Assembly (NCBI GenBank): GCA_051294905.1
Contig: CM119373.1
Coordinates: 5,582,001 to 5,646,000 of the forward strand
DNA: 64,000 nucleotides
Direction of reading: 5' to 3'
DNA from: Botryllus schlosseri
Taxonomy: Eukaryota
The notes beneath the pieces were generated by a model. The model searched no databases, was not told where the DNA came from, and saw only the letters and a list, made by a program, of their open reading frames with translations. This document shows, in pieces, positions 26,782 to 38,900 of this stretch (position 1 is the first letter of the stretch; the number at the start of each line of letters is the position of its first letter). A program made the position numbers and the translations under genes.

Positions 26782-28330
26782 CAGTGGTTCTTAACCTTTT
26801 TTCTTCTAGCGCCCCCTTTCAAAAATTATCGTACTCCAGCGCCCCCCCCCAACTTCATATTGTAAGGAATGTAATAAAGACAATGAGTAAGAGGAAGGGC
26901 CGTAACAGCACTTCGTTAACCCCCCTAAAAACGATTGCCTTGCGCACCCATAGCGTGATAAACCGAACTTCTGCGGGCTTCGCCCCCACGAACCCCATAT
27001 CGTGATTTTGATGGTCAGCAAAGTTTGTGTGGCCTGGTCTCCCTAGGTACCAAAATTTTCCATAATGCATGAATGAATAGGTGGTAATTACATATATGAG
27101 TCGCTATAAACTTTTTATCCTCTCAGTCCACGTAATCAGATTTACCAGTAGCACTGAGTGAGCTGTTGTATAGGAAAATAAAGGGCACGTAATTAATAAT
27201 TAAACATATTCGGGCGTGCCCGCAGGTACAATTATTCGTTACCAGAGCCGTAACAGCACTTCGTCAGCCCCCCCCCCCAAAAAAAAAACGTTGGTCCTGG
27301 GCCCTCATCGGGTGATAAACTAAACTTCCGGGGGACTTCACTCCCAGACCCCCATTAGGTTGTCCACTATTTGCTGATAGCCTATTAGGTATCTACATTG
27401 GGTGTCCATTTACTGAGGCAGCTATTCTCGCCTATTCGCGCGAAGTGCGAAAAATTTCACTAATTAATGATTGAATTGGTCAATATCATCGGGAATTGCA
27501 TGTAAATTGAGATCAATCTTTATCCTCTCTCTGCTCACGTAAACACATTTACCGGTAGAGCTGAGTGAGTTGCAATGTTCCCTCTAAGCTGCGCACGTGC
27601 GCAGTGCTGACACGGTCGCTGCGCTCAGAAAATCTACGTTGCGCACAACAAATTCGGAGTTATTACCTTTTTTTAGTCGTTACGCACTGTTGTCCAAGGG
27701 TCAGCGCAGTGAATTGTTGAGTGTGCGCAGACTCATCAAAACTTAAAGTGAACATTGTGAGGTGTCTTGGAAACTGTAGGGCCCGTTACTAATAATTAAA
27801 CATATTCGGGCGGGCGAACCCGTTGGTATGACTTCGTTGCATGATGTTATTTCGTGACCCCCTGTCTGCAATATCAAAAAATATAGAATCGCTCAACGGA
27901 GATATCGCCCAACAGGAATATCCCTGTCGCCCAATCGTACCAAACTAAAAGACGCACACGATTTAAGATTGGTATTTCTTCACTGACATATAATTTTTCC
28001 CTGCCAGATGGAGTTCGTCTTCTGGGGTTCAGATTGCCAAGACAGGAACATTCTGTGTCAGTCATTTAGGCGCCCATGGACAATTAAACCTATATGTATT
28101 TTGAAGGCTATATGTAACGAAGTTTTCGGTGTTAATTTGCTCTGAATACTCACTCATTAGGGATATGTCCTATCACCACATCATCTACTGCGAAGCCAGT
28201 TTTCTCCAGCGCCCCCCATACCGCCCCCCTGAGCCCAGCGCCCCCCATATCGCCCCCTGCGCGTTTCCGCCCCCCTTCAAGATCGCCAGCGCCCCCTGGG
28301 GGGCGCTGTGGGCAAGGTTAAGAACCACTG
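26782..28330. mobile_element. Non-autonomous hAT element, family A
   Basis: Same TIR as 8275-10101; perfect TSD ATATAGCA; shared internal segments. Confidence 0.9.
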
Positions 28331-29779
28331 ATATAGCATATATACTAGGGTTAGCATATTTCTGTGACTCAAATTCCGGACACTCTTTAGCGCCCACTAG
28401 TGGATTTTAAAATGAGTTATGAGCACATCGTCTGTCAATATGACGTCACATAAGCAAATATTTCCTTATAGACCAGAGGTAGTCTCACAATCCCGCTCAG
28501 GAGTTATGTGTGGCTGCGTGTTGTGCAACAAGGACCGAAACCACATTTTCCAGCCCCTTCCCCCCAATTAAACAATGATTTTAGGCCCAGCTTAGGGTAA
28601 TCGATGCAATTTCTGGGGGGCTTGCTACATGCATCTCGTTTCTATGTGCATCTGATCATTAAATTATTTGAATTAATTATGTCAATAACATTGATTCTTC
28701 CATATATTATTGCATAATTTTATCCTCTCTCCGCCCACATCATCAGAGTTAGCGGTAGAGCTGGTGGAGGATGATGACTTCGAAAATACAGGGAGCGTAA
28801 TTGTACACAGTCCAGTCATGTTCATGTCACACCGATTCATGTCACCGATTCATAAACACTCCACTTCAACTCGTTTGCAACCTTTTATGGTCGCGACTCC
28901 ATCTCCAATTTGAGAATGTTCCGCGGCCCAGATCAAAACTTGACGAGCTGATTACTAAAAGAAGTCAGCACCTTTGCCCGGATTTACTCACGGGCTTTTT
29001 TGGAAGCTGATTACGTTCAACGTCTTCGCAAACCCCAGAATAAAGGCAAACGACCCCCACGTTTGGAACCACTATCTTTGAATAAAAAATTTTGCCCCAC
29101 ACCGCCACCCCGTAACTCGGCGCTCATGAGCTCATGTATCACAGTACCTAAACATATCCCAACTAAATAAGTATATACTAAAATTTCACCATCGTAGTGC
29201 CATTATGGGGCTAGGCTGCCCCAGAAATTGAAAAAAAAATCAAAATTTTTTTTATTGTTGATATTTGTTGTATTACATATCATCTTTCATATACCCAAGT
29301 ATTATAATGATTGAATTCACCTAAGTGTCACAAATTGATTTTTTTCATGAGACTATGTAGTAAATCTCCCCCCATAATTGTGAACTCGGCTGCAATCACC
29401 GCGAATATCCGAGCCCTTATTACCAGGCCATGTTATTTTTGGCATATGCCAAAACTGCCAAAAATAACTTATTTTTGGCATTTTGCGATTTTTATTTTTG
29501 GCAGTTTTGGCATCGTCCTCTAAATAGATAGCTTCAGCCTCGAATTAGTCACAAAACGCTTTATTTGGGCTAGTTTGTCAAAAGCCACCACAAAATATGC
29601 AACATCCACGTATAATCAGTGCCAACAAACAATAAGAAGAAGAAAAAACCTAACGATTTCATAGGTTAATAATATCAAACGAAACCACAAAATGTGCAGT
29701 AGCCATCGGTCTCGGTGCCAATAAGCAAAAAAAAAGAAAAAGAAAGAAAAGCCCAACAAACACGCTCAACAGCTGATTG

Positions 29780-30214
29780 TTACAGATGTTGAATAGACTT
29801 AAATCGTTTGCACTGTAACAGTGCTTCCAAACTCAGGTCAGCTATGTTTCTCCTAAATTCATTTCTCGTCCAGCGAATCTGGGAAATATCGGCTTCAACA
29901 GTAGCCGTTAAGGGAAAGAATGTTGCCAGTCATCCACAAAAGGTTTTCAGAGCTTCAAAATCTTTGGAGGGCCGAACCGGCTTCCATGCATCATGAAAAG
30001 AGATCACTTCGCCAGTGTCATCGATCTCATCGCGGAATGAATTTTTTTCCCGATCCTTTTCCAGGAGTTTCCTGTGTTGTCTCTGAACACATTCTATTTA
30101 GTAGCTCGACTATCATTTCTCCTTCAGTCTACCGATATATTTTCGAAGGACTTTTGTCACTTCAGGTGGCTTTAATATTACCAACTCGCATGGAAGAGTC
30201 CTGGGAAGGTTAGC
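29780..30214 (-). pseudogene. Decayed hAT transposase C-terminus including the dimerisation domain
   Basis: One 145-codon frame with 4 internal stops: LPRTLPCELV...SFHDAW...LKTFCG*LATFFPLTATVEADISQIRWTRNEFRRNIADLSLEALLQCK. Confidence 0.7.
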
Positions 30215-30666
30215 TTGTTTAAGAACATTGACGCAACAAGACTGTCTGGCAAAACGAGACTATGCGGCTCAGAAATAGCCAGACAGTTTGTTGCGTCACA
30301 ATGTTCAACTCGATCACAATGCAAAAATTGATTTTGTGGGTTCCAGCTCCATGAGCAGAATATAATTTATATTTTAATAATCAGTACTGCGGCAGCTTCT
30401 CATTGATACCCGTTTTATCAAATTTAGTGCTCGACAAGCCGGTCAAAATTGGTCGTAAAATTGCCTTTGGACAAATGGAAAGTGTGACGTAAACCAAATG
30501 CAGTCAGCCGTTCGATCACGCTGTGCCCACACCATTTAGGACACCATGCTTTCCCCCCTATTGGGTGGGCTGGACCCAGATTTAGAAACCTGCCTTTCAC
30601 AAACGCTCTTCTCGCTTGTAACGCGGTCCTGTTAACACAACACCACAAACGAAATACAGTATTTGG

Positions 30667-30781
30667 CAGGCCGTGTTATTTTTGGCATATGCCAAAAATT
30701 GCTTATTTTTGGCATTTTCAAATTTTTATTTTTGGCAGTTTTGGCATCTGGCTCCTGAAATGCAAAAAATAACACGGCCTG
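30667..30781. mobile_element. 115-bp MITE (other ends at 29424, ~1780-1846 and ~21330-21410)
   Basis: Perfect TIR CAGGCCGTGTTATTTTT; TTTTGGCA motifs. Confidence 0.75.
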
Positions 30782-32873
30782 CCCTATTACCCTACGCACG
30801 TCGCTGTCGATCTAGTGCTTTCGAGGATATCTATGGTGTAATCAACGATGCGTTACAACAGATCAAAACAAACGGTATGCCGGTCTCAGCACTTTGCAGC
30901 TGGTGGTTCGTAGGTTCTCAGGAACTGGGTTTGGTGACTGTTTTTTGTCAATCAAAGCTGATATTAATCACTGTTAGAGGCTGGATTGGAGTGACACATC
31001 TATCACAGTGTCATTTGATGTGTCATGGCATTTGTCAAGACATGCAATTGACCACAGAATCAGATTTTGTTCGAGCCATTCACCGTTTTATGGTCGACTA
31101 TTGGGCGACTATTGCAAAACGTGGGAAATCAAGGGGGGGAATGGGAAGTCAAAGAATGGAAATCTACTCATTCAGAACTGTGAACGAATGGACAGGGCTG
31201 TCAAAAGCAGAAAACATGGCAATACAGAAGGAAAATATAGAATCCTGGCGCTTTTTAGACTATTAACTGTGTGAAATTTTGGATTTTCAGAGTGATAATG
31301 TGACTTTTACATGTTACGAAATTAAAGTGGCTTTTTCTCAAAATTTTCTATTTTTCGTACCTTGAAAGTTATGAATCCTTTTTGAGGCAGAAAAAATCGT
31401 CCAATCAACGTGAAAATTTGCTGGTATATGTATCTTGGGATGCTCCTCCGGATGAAACTGTTTATTTTATGTTATAAGTTAAGGGTCGCTCCCTTCAGGT
31501 TGAACTAACTCAAAAATTTGACCAACATTTTTTTTTTTTAATTTTCAAATTTTTTTTCCAGAGAATAACCCTTGTTGAAAAAAAAGGAGTTACATCCGGA
31601 AATTTGGGGTAATTTAAATCTATTATAAGCACCAAGAAAAAATTTCACTCAAAAATTTTGCCAGAAAAAAATTCACAAAAAAATAGTTTTAAAAATCATA
31701 AAATCGGATGAAAGTCAAAGAAAACGTTGACCATTTTTCACCAAATTTTCACCAAAGTTCGAATGTCCAACACAGCACCTTGTGTCAAAATTTCAGAAAG
31801 ATTGCTTCATTAGTATCAAAGTTATGGTTATATGACTGATTTCCCAATTCGAGGGGTAGCCAAGCCCCTTATACATTTTGCCTACTCGCAAAGATACAAC
31901 CTCCAATCTCGGAAGTATCCATTTCCGTTTGACTATTAAAAGTATCTCTAACAAGTCCAATTTTTAAAACTATCTACTCAAGTAATTTTTCTATTTTAAT
32001 CTTATTTACATCCATATAAAGAAGTTTAGACTTTAGACATGTCTTGGAAATATCGACTTTCTAGAAGTAGGAAGAAATGTAGGACGTTACTTCCACATCT
32101 GGTGGAGTACAAACGATGAATAATCCGGCCACCGCAAGAGCCAATGCGCCAGTGTAAAATCATTTAATTGACCTATATTGTGAACATACCTGTTGATGAA
32201 AAATGAACCGGAATTACCGCACAATTCCTGAAAACAGTCCACTTTACTTTGTATGGCAGAATTAAGTATGTAGCTTTAACTCGAGAAAGCAATTTCCAGT
32301 GGATGGATCTGTGCCGTTTTATTAATGTGACATGACACTATCCACACTACGACCGCAGCTGCGGCTGCAGTATCAGTTCGTCTGTTAGACACCTGTTTAT
32401 ATATATGGATGGTTTATAACAGAGTTTTCTCTAGGTTCCCGTGGGTTGAAAGCAAAGTTATATATATATAAGTATATCTGGTATAAGATTGTATAACTCC
32501 AAGAGGTACATCATATGCACGCACTAATTTATTCCTGTCTAAAGACATTTAGGAGATTTTTGCCGAAATGCTGAATTTTTGCTACACTACAAGTCTTTAA
32601 TCATAGTTTGCTCTAGGTTCCCGGAGGCTGACAGTTACGTTTGTGCTATCCGAGAGTATAATTCCTTGTCTTACATTATATGCAGGCATTAGCTTATTCC
32701 AGGCTAAAGCCGTTTATGAGATATTGGGTTACTTGCATAGGCGTAAAATAGTTCTTTTTCGAAAAGCTCAAGTTAAAAATGCTGCATACCATCGGGAGAA
32801 ACATGGTGCGTAACGAGCGGGTCTCTGAAGAAATGATCGCATTACAGTGATTTTTCTCGATCTTTTGCAATAG

Positions 32874-32942
32874 ATGTCACAGAATCGGTTGCTGACCGGA
32901 GTTGGATTGTTCAGGCGAGGATTTCAAACATCAAGCGTCCGG
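32874..32942 (+). CDS. GATM: GATM exon 1, mitochondrial targeting peptide-like ([23 protein letters not shown])
   Basis: ATG at 32874; Arg/Ser/Leu-rich with no acidic residues; ends at donor GTAAGA in phase 0, matching exon 2. Confidence 0.8.
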
Positions 32943-35900
32943 GTAAGACTAGTACAAACTACCATTCGTATGTTGAAAGGAGAATAGTGCTGGCTGTGTA
33001 TTTTAGGAATAATCGTGTAGAGCAGTGGTTCTTAACCTTGTCTCCAGCACCCTCCTTAGAGGAATTCCCTCCAATTCGTACAAAACCCCCCTCATTTTTT
33101 TGACTACTGCCTTGTTTCTTACTTTGATACAGAAAACATCGGGAGAAAGCCCGGTAGTCTCCTCATACAACGGTTGGGATCCGTTGGAGGAAGTGATTGT
33201 AGGGCGACCGGAAAATTCATGCGTGCCCCAGCTGGACATCGAGGTTAAAGTGAGTTGTTTGCACTTCAAATAAGCAAGTATAGCTCTCGGTCTCTGACCT
33301 TAGCGGGATTGTAGTTACGTCACAAGATTCCGAGTCACAAGTCAATATTACTTTTGTAGATTTGACTCGAGTCCAGTCGAGTAATTTTCAACGCACCATC
33401 GAGTCTGGCCGCAGTCAAGGTCGTTGGGCAAAGGGTCGAGTGCGAGTCATAGTGTTGACACTCGAGTGCGGGTCCAAGTCATAGTGTTCGTTGTTCGTCA
33501 TCGAGCTCAAGTCAGTTTCAACTTACTTTTTTGAAACTCTTCGTCGGTATCGAGGGCCATTGCCTAATTGTTTGTTTTTGATGTATTCATGGTGTTAGTC
33601 GACTGCTACGGTCACTTACACCAAGCCAATTTCTTCATTTTGATTCCGTAGCCACCGACTTGTAGCACTGCCCACTTTCAGGCTTTTATAAGACACAGCT
33701 TACACGGATTAGATGGCGAGGAGGAGCCTAGATAAACCTCCACCACATAGGTAGGAATTCTGGAGTGGAACTCGGTCAGACTTGAGCCCGCAACCCATTG
33801 GCGTTGCAGCCGTGGATTACACCATTGCGCTATCTCGCCACACGTACCAGGGCCTCGTATCGAGGGCCTCGTATTCAACATGTCCTCATTTTCTCACTTT
33901 TAACGTTTTTATTTAAAGAAGAAGGTATGCACGTGGACATGTAGGATTTATGACCGCGATATAATTCCGAGTCATGATCTGTTTTCGTATAACACCCTTT
34001 TCGGCACTTTCGGTGTGAATACATACCCTTTTAGCTGAGAGTGCAGTCAAGTCGAGTCAACGTAAAACCGAGTCGAGACATTACAATCCTGGATCTTAGC
34101 TTTACTCTTCGACAGGCCACCACACGTAAAGATCAATGGGAACTATTCCGGCAACACGGAGGAAAAGCTTATCCTCGTGAATTACTCGAAAAAGCGACCG
34201 AGCAGATCGAGGAATTTTGCAACGTTTTGCGGCAGGAGGGCGTCACCGTACGCCGCCCCGATCACGTCGACTGGTCGAAAGAATATGAAACGCCAGACTT
34301 TAAATCGAGAGGTCGGTATCTGTCACGGCTGGCCAAAATCGTGTAGCCGAGTCATTCAATTTCGAATCGATTTCAATAATCGAATCATTGGGCCAAGCCC
34401 CAGAGCCGAACAAATAGAGTAGACCAATGCTTCACAACCTTTTTCGGTTCGTGGCCCATTTTTAATGCAATATTTTATTGTGCGACCCACGAAGAGATAT
34501 GACCGAGCGAATGAGAACGAAAGTCGACGTAACATGAGTCATATGAGTAACGAGTCAAATTCGACGCCCACAAGTAAAATTCCGCGTAAATTCTAGAATA
34601 CGAGTGTATCAAGAAGAGAAGAATACACGTAATAGGTGATAAGAAATGAGAAATCGCGTATTCCAGCAATAATTCCATTACTTTACGTTAAACACGAAGG
34701 AGTTCCGAGTATACCAAGCCTCGATGCAATTGAATGCTGATCACAACCGCGCAGCGTTACATTTTCCATTCAACTTTCACAAACCATTTGGATGAAGGAA
34801 TACAAAAATTCGAATTTTGACGCACACACAAAAACACACTATCTAATTTCGAGCTCCGATCAAACAGACTGTTATGAAAATCAGGCTCACGAATTATTGC
34901 GAGCACGAATGCGTGGTTACGGCACTCATGGGAGCAAAAAAATTATTGAAAGGCACAACGGGTTTATTTTACCATCCAATCGTCAAAAGACAAGGTGCTT
35001 GATGTAGTTGGCATACTGAATAGAAAACTGTAGCATTTAGAAATCCTTCGCGACCTCCGACATAGCGAAGGGAAGTGATGCCTGAGTACTAAGTAATGTT
35101 AGCTTACATAAAGTAGACTAGGCCTACAATTATAATTATAGCTACATAGTTTTTATTTCAAATTAGAGTAGAAATAGAATTGCCCAATTCGGAACAACTT
35201 TGAAATTGAATAAAATTCCGAATTACAAAGAAATGCAGTAAAATAAAGTTGAGTTCATATATTAAATGAGAATTCTCTCTCATAAGTGCGAGAAATAAGA
35301 AATGTCTGTGAAGCAATACTGATTCGCTTCGAACTATACAAATATTCTGCCGTGTTTTCAAGAAAACTGTGAATTAATGTATAAGTGTAATGAGAGCATG
35401 TAGAAACATTTTGAAAATTAGATTTGAATTAGATTACTTTACTGGCATTTCGCTCAAATGAGTAAAATCAGAACACTACAATTATCCAGTTGTCCAAGTC
35501 TGCCCAGCACTCTATACCTGATGTACTATGTTCATCGTTGACAGTGTTGGGATTTTATTGGTGACAGGGGGCCCCTGCGGGTCGATGCCTCGGGATCTTC
35601 TGCTCGTGGTCGGCGACGAGATAATCGAAGCCCCCATGTCATGGCGGTCGAGATTCTTCGAGTACCGGGCCTATCGCAGCCTCATTCAGGAATATTTCGA
35701 GGGCGGAGCGAAATGGACCGCGGCACCCAAACCGCTAATGACGGATGCGCTATATGATCAGGTGATTAAATCTTCGGGTGCGGTACTTGATTGTGTATAT
35801 TTACACCCCAAAGAAAACATATCTTACTTCAGAATTGAGAAACACTATATTCGGGATGACGATAGAATATTTAACCTGACTTGTTTGCAATTGAACAACT

Positions 35901-38900
35901 TAGACCAGATTCGAGTCAATCATCATTATCAATCGGCGTTTTTCTTTCTCTGTATATAGTCAATCGTAGGTTTGGTTATTTTTGTTACGTTGTGATCGAT
36001 TAATGATTTAAAGCATAGCTGGGCATTTTCCGGCCCATGGATCAAATCCGGCCGCACCACTATCCTGCCCGACGAGCAAAAAGTTGACTGCAATTTAGTG
36101 CGCTGTTGTGAGCACGAAACAATATTCGTAAGCAGTTTATTACTTCGGCTTAAATCAGTGGTTCCCAACCTTTTCCATCTCGTGCCTCCCTTGGCCGAAA
36201 TTTGAGCCAAAATTCCCCCCTAGGAGAAATCTGCCCGATGATTAAAAAAGGTCATTTTTTACCGCGCAATCACCTGTAGACCGAAGAATAAGACCGGAAG
36301 TATGCAGTGTCTGTTTCTAGCAGGGCTGTAACAATACTTTGTAGACCTCCAAAAACAATGGTCTTGGTCCCAATCAAACAAATTCTGGAAGGCTTGACTC
36401 AACAGACCCCCATACTTCCATTTGTGTTTTCGGCTTATCATGCACCAATCGCTAATATAACTGCTGTGAAAAATCAGTATGCATAAATTTGCTGGTCTCG
36501 CGATTTTTTTCTCAAGTGTGCGTATGCATTGGGCCAATAATATTGGTTTTTTCATATATAGTAGGATTGACCACACTCGAGTCAGCATTTTCTGATGACT
36601 CGAGTCATTTTCTCAAAATAGGGAAACGACTCGACTCGACGAGAGACAATCTGTGTATTGCCTCGACTTGGAGTCATTGTACATGACTCGAACCAAGCCA
36701 TATGACTCGTGACTATAAGACGGCCAAGACCGACATTTCATTGTAATTTCGAAGAACAGTAAAGTCGCCTTCCTATTGGAATTTCGTCTATTGGTCCTGG
36801 TACTTGAGAATGCGACAATAAACTGCTCAAAGTGAGGAAAATTAGTAGGCCTATGTTATAAATCAAAATAATTCAATATCACCAAACAGAGTTATAAAAA
36901 GTGAGTTTAACAAGACTTTAACTGGAAACTGAGCGAGCAACACAAGGAATTGGACTCGGACTCGAGTCATAATACCATAACTCGGACTCGACCCTATACT
37001 CGGTGACTTGGACCGTCGGACTTGACTCAATGGTGAATTGAAAATGACTCGACTTGACTCGAGTCAAAACTATGAAAGTGAAATTGACTTGTGACTCGGA
37101 GCCTCGTGACTTGGTTATAGCCCTGATATATACCCTGATACATCACATACACGTGATCAGATTTCCTGCTTGAGCTCATTGAAATTTAGGACACTCATTC
37201 GGTTTCGGCAACATTGCACCAAGTTTAACATGCATTTTTTCGATCGAGTAGCTGTTCACTAAAAATAAAGCAAGGCTAGCGATCTCTTTGACTTGAATCG
37301 ATGACGTTGGAGGCCTTGTTGTGATAGATTCGGCACGACATTTGCTCGCTTAGAATATATTTGATTAAGAGGCCGTCGCTGACCTACAAAATTGTCTTGC
37401 GAACTGCAGCACATCTGAACTAGTTGAAAAAAAACAAGGGCGAACTTGTATGGGAGAAAGAGATTTCAAATAGCCTCTGAACATACTTTCAGCAAAAAAA
37501 AACAGCTATAAGGAGCATACGCTCTGATTTAACTGGTTGCCAACATGACAGTTCGGACATGAACATTTTGGGAAATCCGTTACAATTCTAAAGTGGAATT
37601 CCTCCCTAAAAATTGCAAAATTCCCCCCAAGGGGGGAATTCCTCCCCGGTTGGGAACCACTGGCTTAAATGAACTCATACCTTGACTACGATACTCGCAA
37701 TACCAACAGTTAAGACAACAGCAACATAAATGAAGAACGGTTCTCAGTACGCGAAACAGGTAGACAGTCTGTAATCATTACAGTCCACGCCAGTACATTA
37801 CGACGAATGATCTTTAACACAGAAAGGTAATCACAACAAAACTGAAGTCGGTACCAATTTGACACCAAACATACAACATGCGCAAAACCATGTTTCGTAG
37901 CGATGGAATAAGAGAAGCTCATGCCATTTTTTCAAAATTTGATATCGATTTCTCAGATTGATTGAAAATCATATTTCTTTAATATTTTTATATTTTCGGA
38001 CATATCTTGGCCAGGTTTCTGTTTTGTCACATCGTTTCAAAATCATCCATGGTCAAGATAAGGCCGAAATAATATGAAAACTTTACGTCACCGCTTATTC
38101 TAGTTCAGTGGTTCTCGACCTTTTTTTCCTGCAGCACACCTTTTCCGTCAGGCGTCCTCCCATATTTTAAGGACGGTAGTACAAAAAGGGGTTAGAGTTC
38201 GAAGTCCGGCCGTTTTTTTGTTGAGCATCACTATTGGAAATAGCTTGAATCGATCCCGAGGACCATTAGACTAATTAACGCCATGATAATTGTATGTGCT
38301 ATATTCGGAATCAAATCAAGGTTGTTACAACAACCATGGGGCCCGGACTCATACCGAAAGGCAACTATAATGTAGTAGGAGAAATAAGTGCACATGCCTA
38401 CAGCACTTTGGTATGGTGCACAATGCCTCAGCTGCTAAGCACCATAACCTCCGATATACATGGGCCTACATACTCATACCATCTGGTCGATAAACTTTAA
38501 CTTGAATATATTCCAAACAAAGCAACCCATGTTATATAGGCTAACATTCATGCAAGGTCGCGGGTCACAAAACTAAACCGTATCATCCCTTGTGATACGA
38601 TGAAGAAGTATTCTGAAGATTAAATTTTCTTGTTCTCAAATACAACATATTTGGTAAATCATTTTGACCAAAAAGCTTCAGAGCATCTTTAATGAACAAA
38701 GGGCTCTCACTCTTAAAAGTTCTTCAGCGCCCCCAGACCTCTTCCTGAGCCCAGCGCCCCTGACCCCTGACCCCTTACCCCTGAGCGTTTCCGGCTCCCT
38801 CTAAATCCAAATCGCACCTTAGGGGGAGTGGGGGACAAGGTTACGAAACACTGTTTTAGTTGAACAAACACCATTAGGACTAATATGTTTTTATTGATAT

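Larger units (their letters stand above)
29207..31868. mobile_element. Possible Kolobok-like non-autonomous element carrying nested inserts
   Basis: Imperfect TIRs GGGGCTAGGCTGCCCC / GGGGTAGCCAAGCCCC, flanked on both sides by TTAT (TTAA-like). Confidence 0.5.

Noticed and set aside
30673..31266. 197-aa plus-strand ORF
   Set aside because: It starts inside a MITE and crosses repeat junctions; no recognisable domain or splice structure.
33760..33841. tRNA gene candidate (A and B boxes)
   Set aside because: No complete cloverleaf; it is the head of a multi-copy SINE.
36580..37110. Regularly recurring GACTCGAGTC/GACTTG motifs resembling a CRISPR-like array
   Set aside because: Short, irregularly spaced subterminal transposon motifs in eukaryotic DNA; no constant repeat-spacer period.
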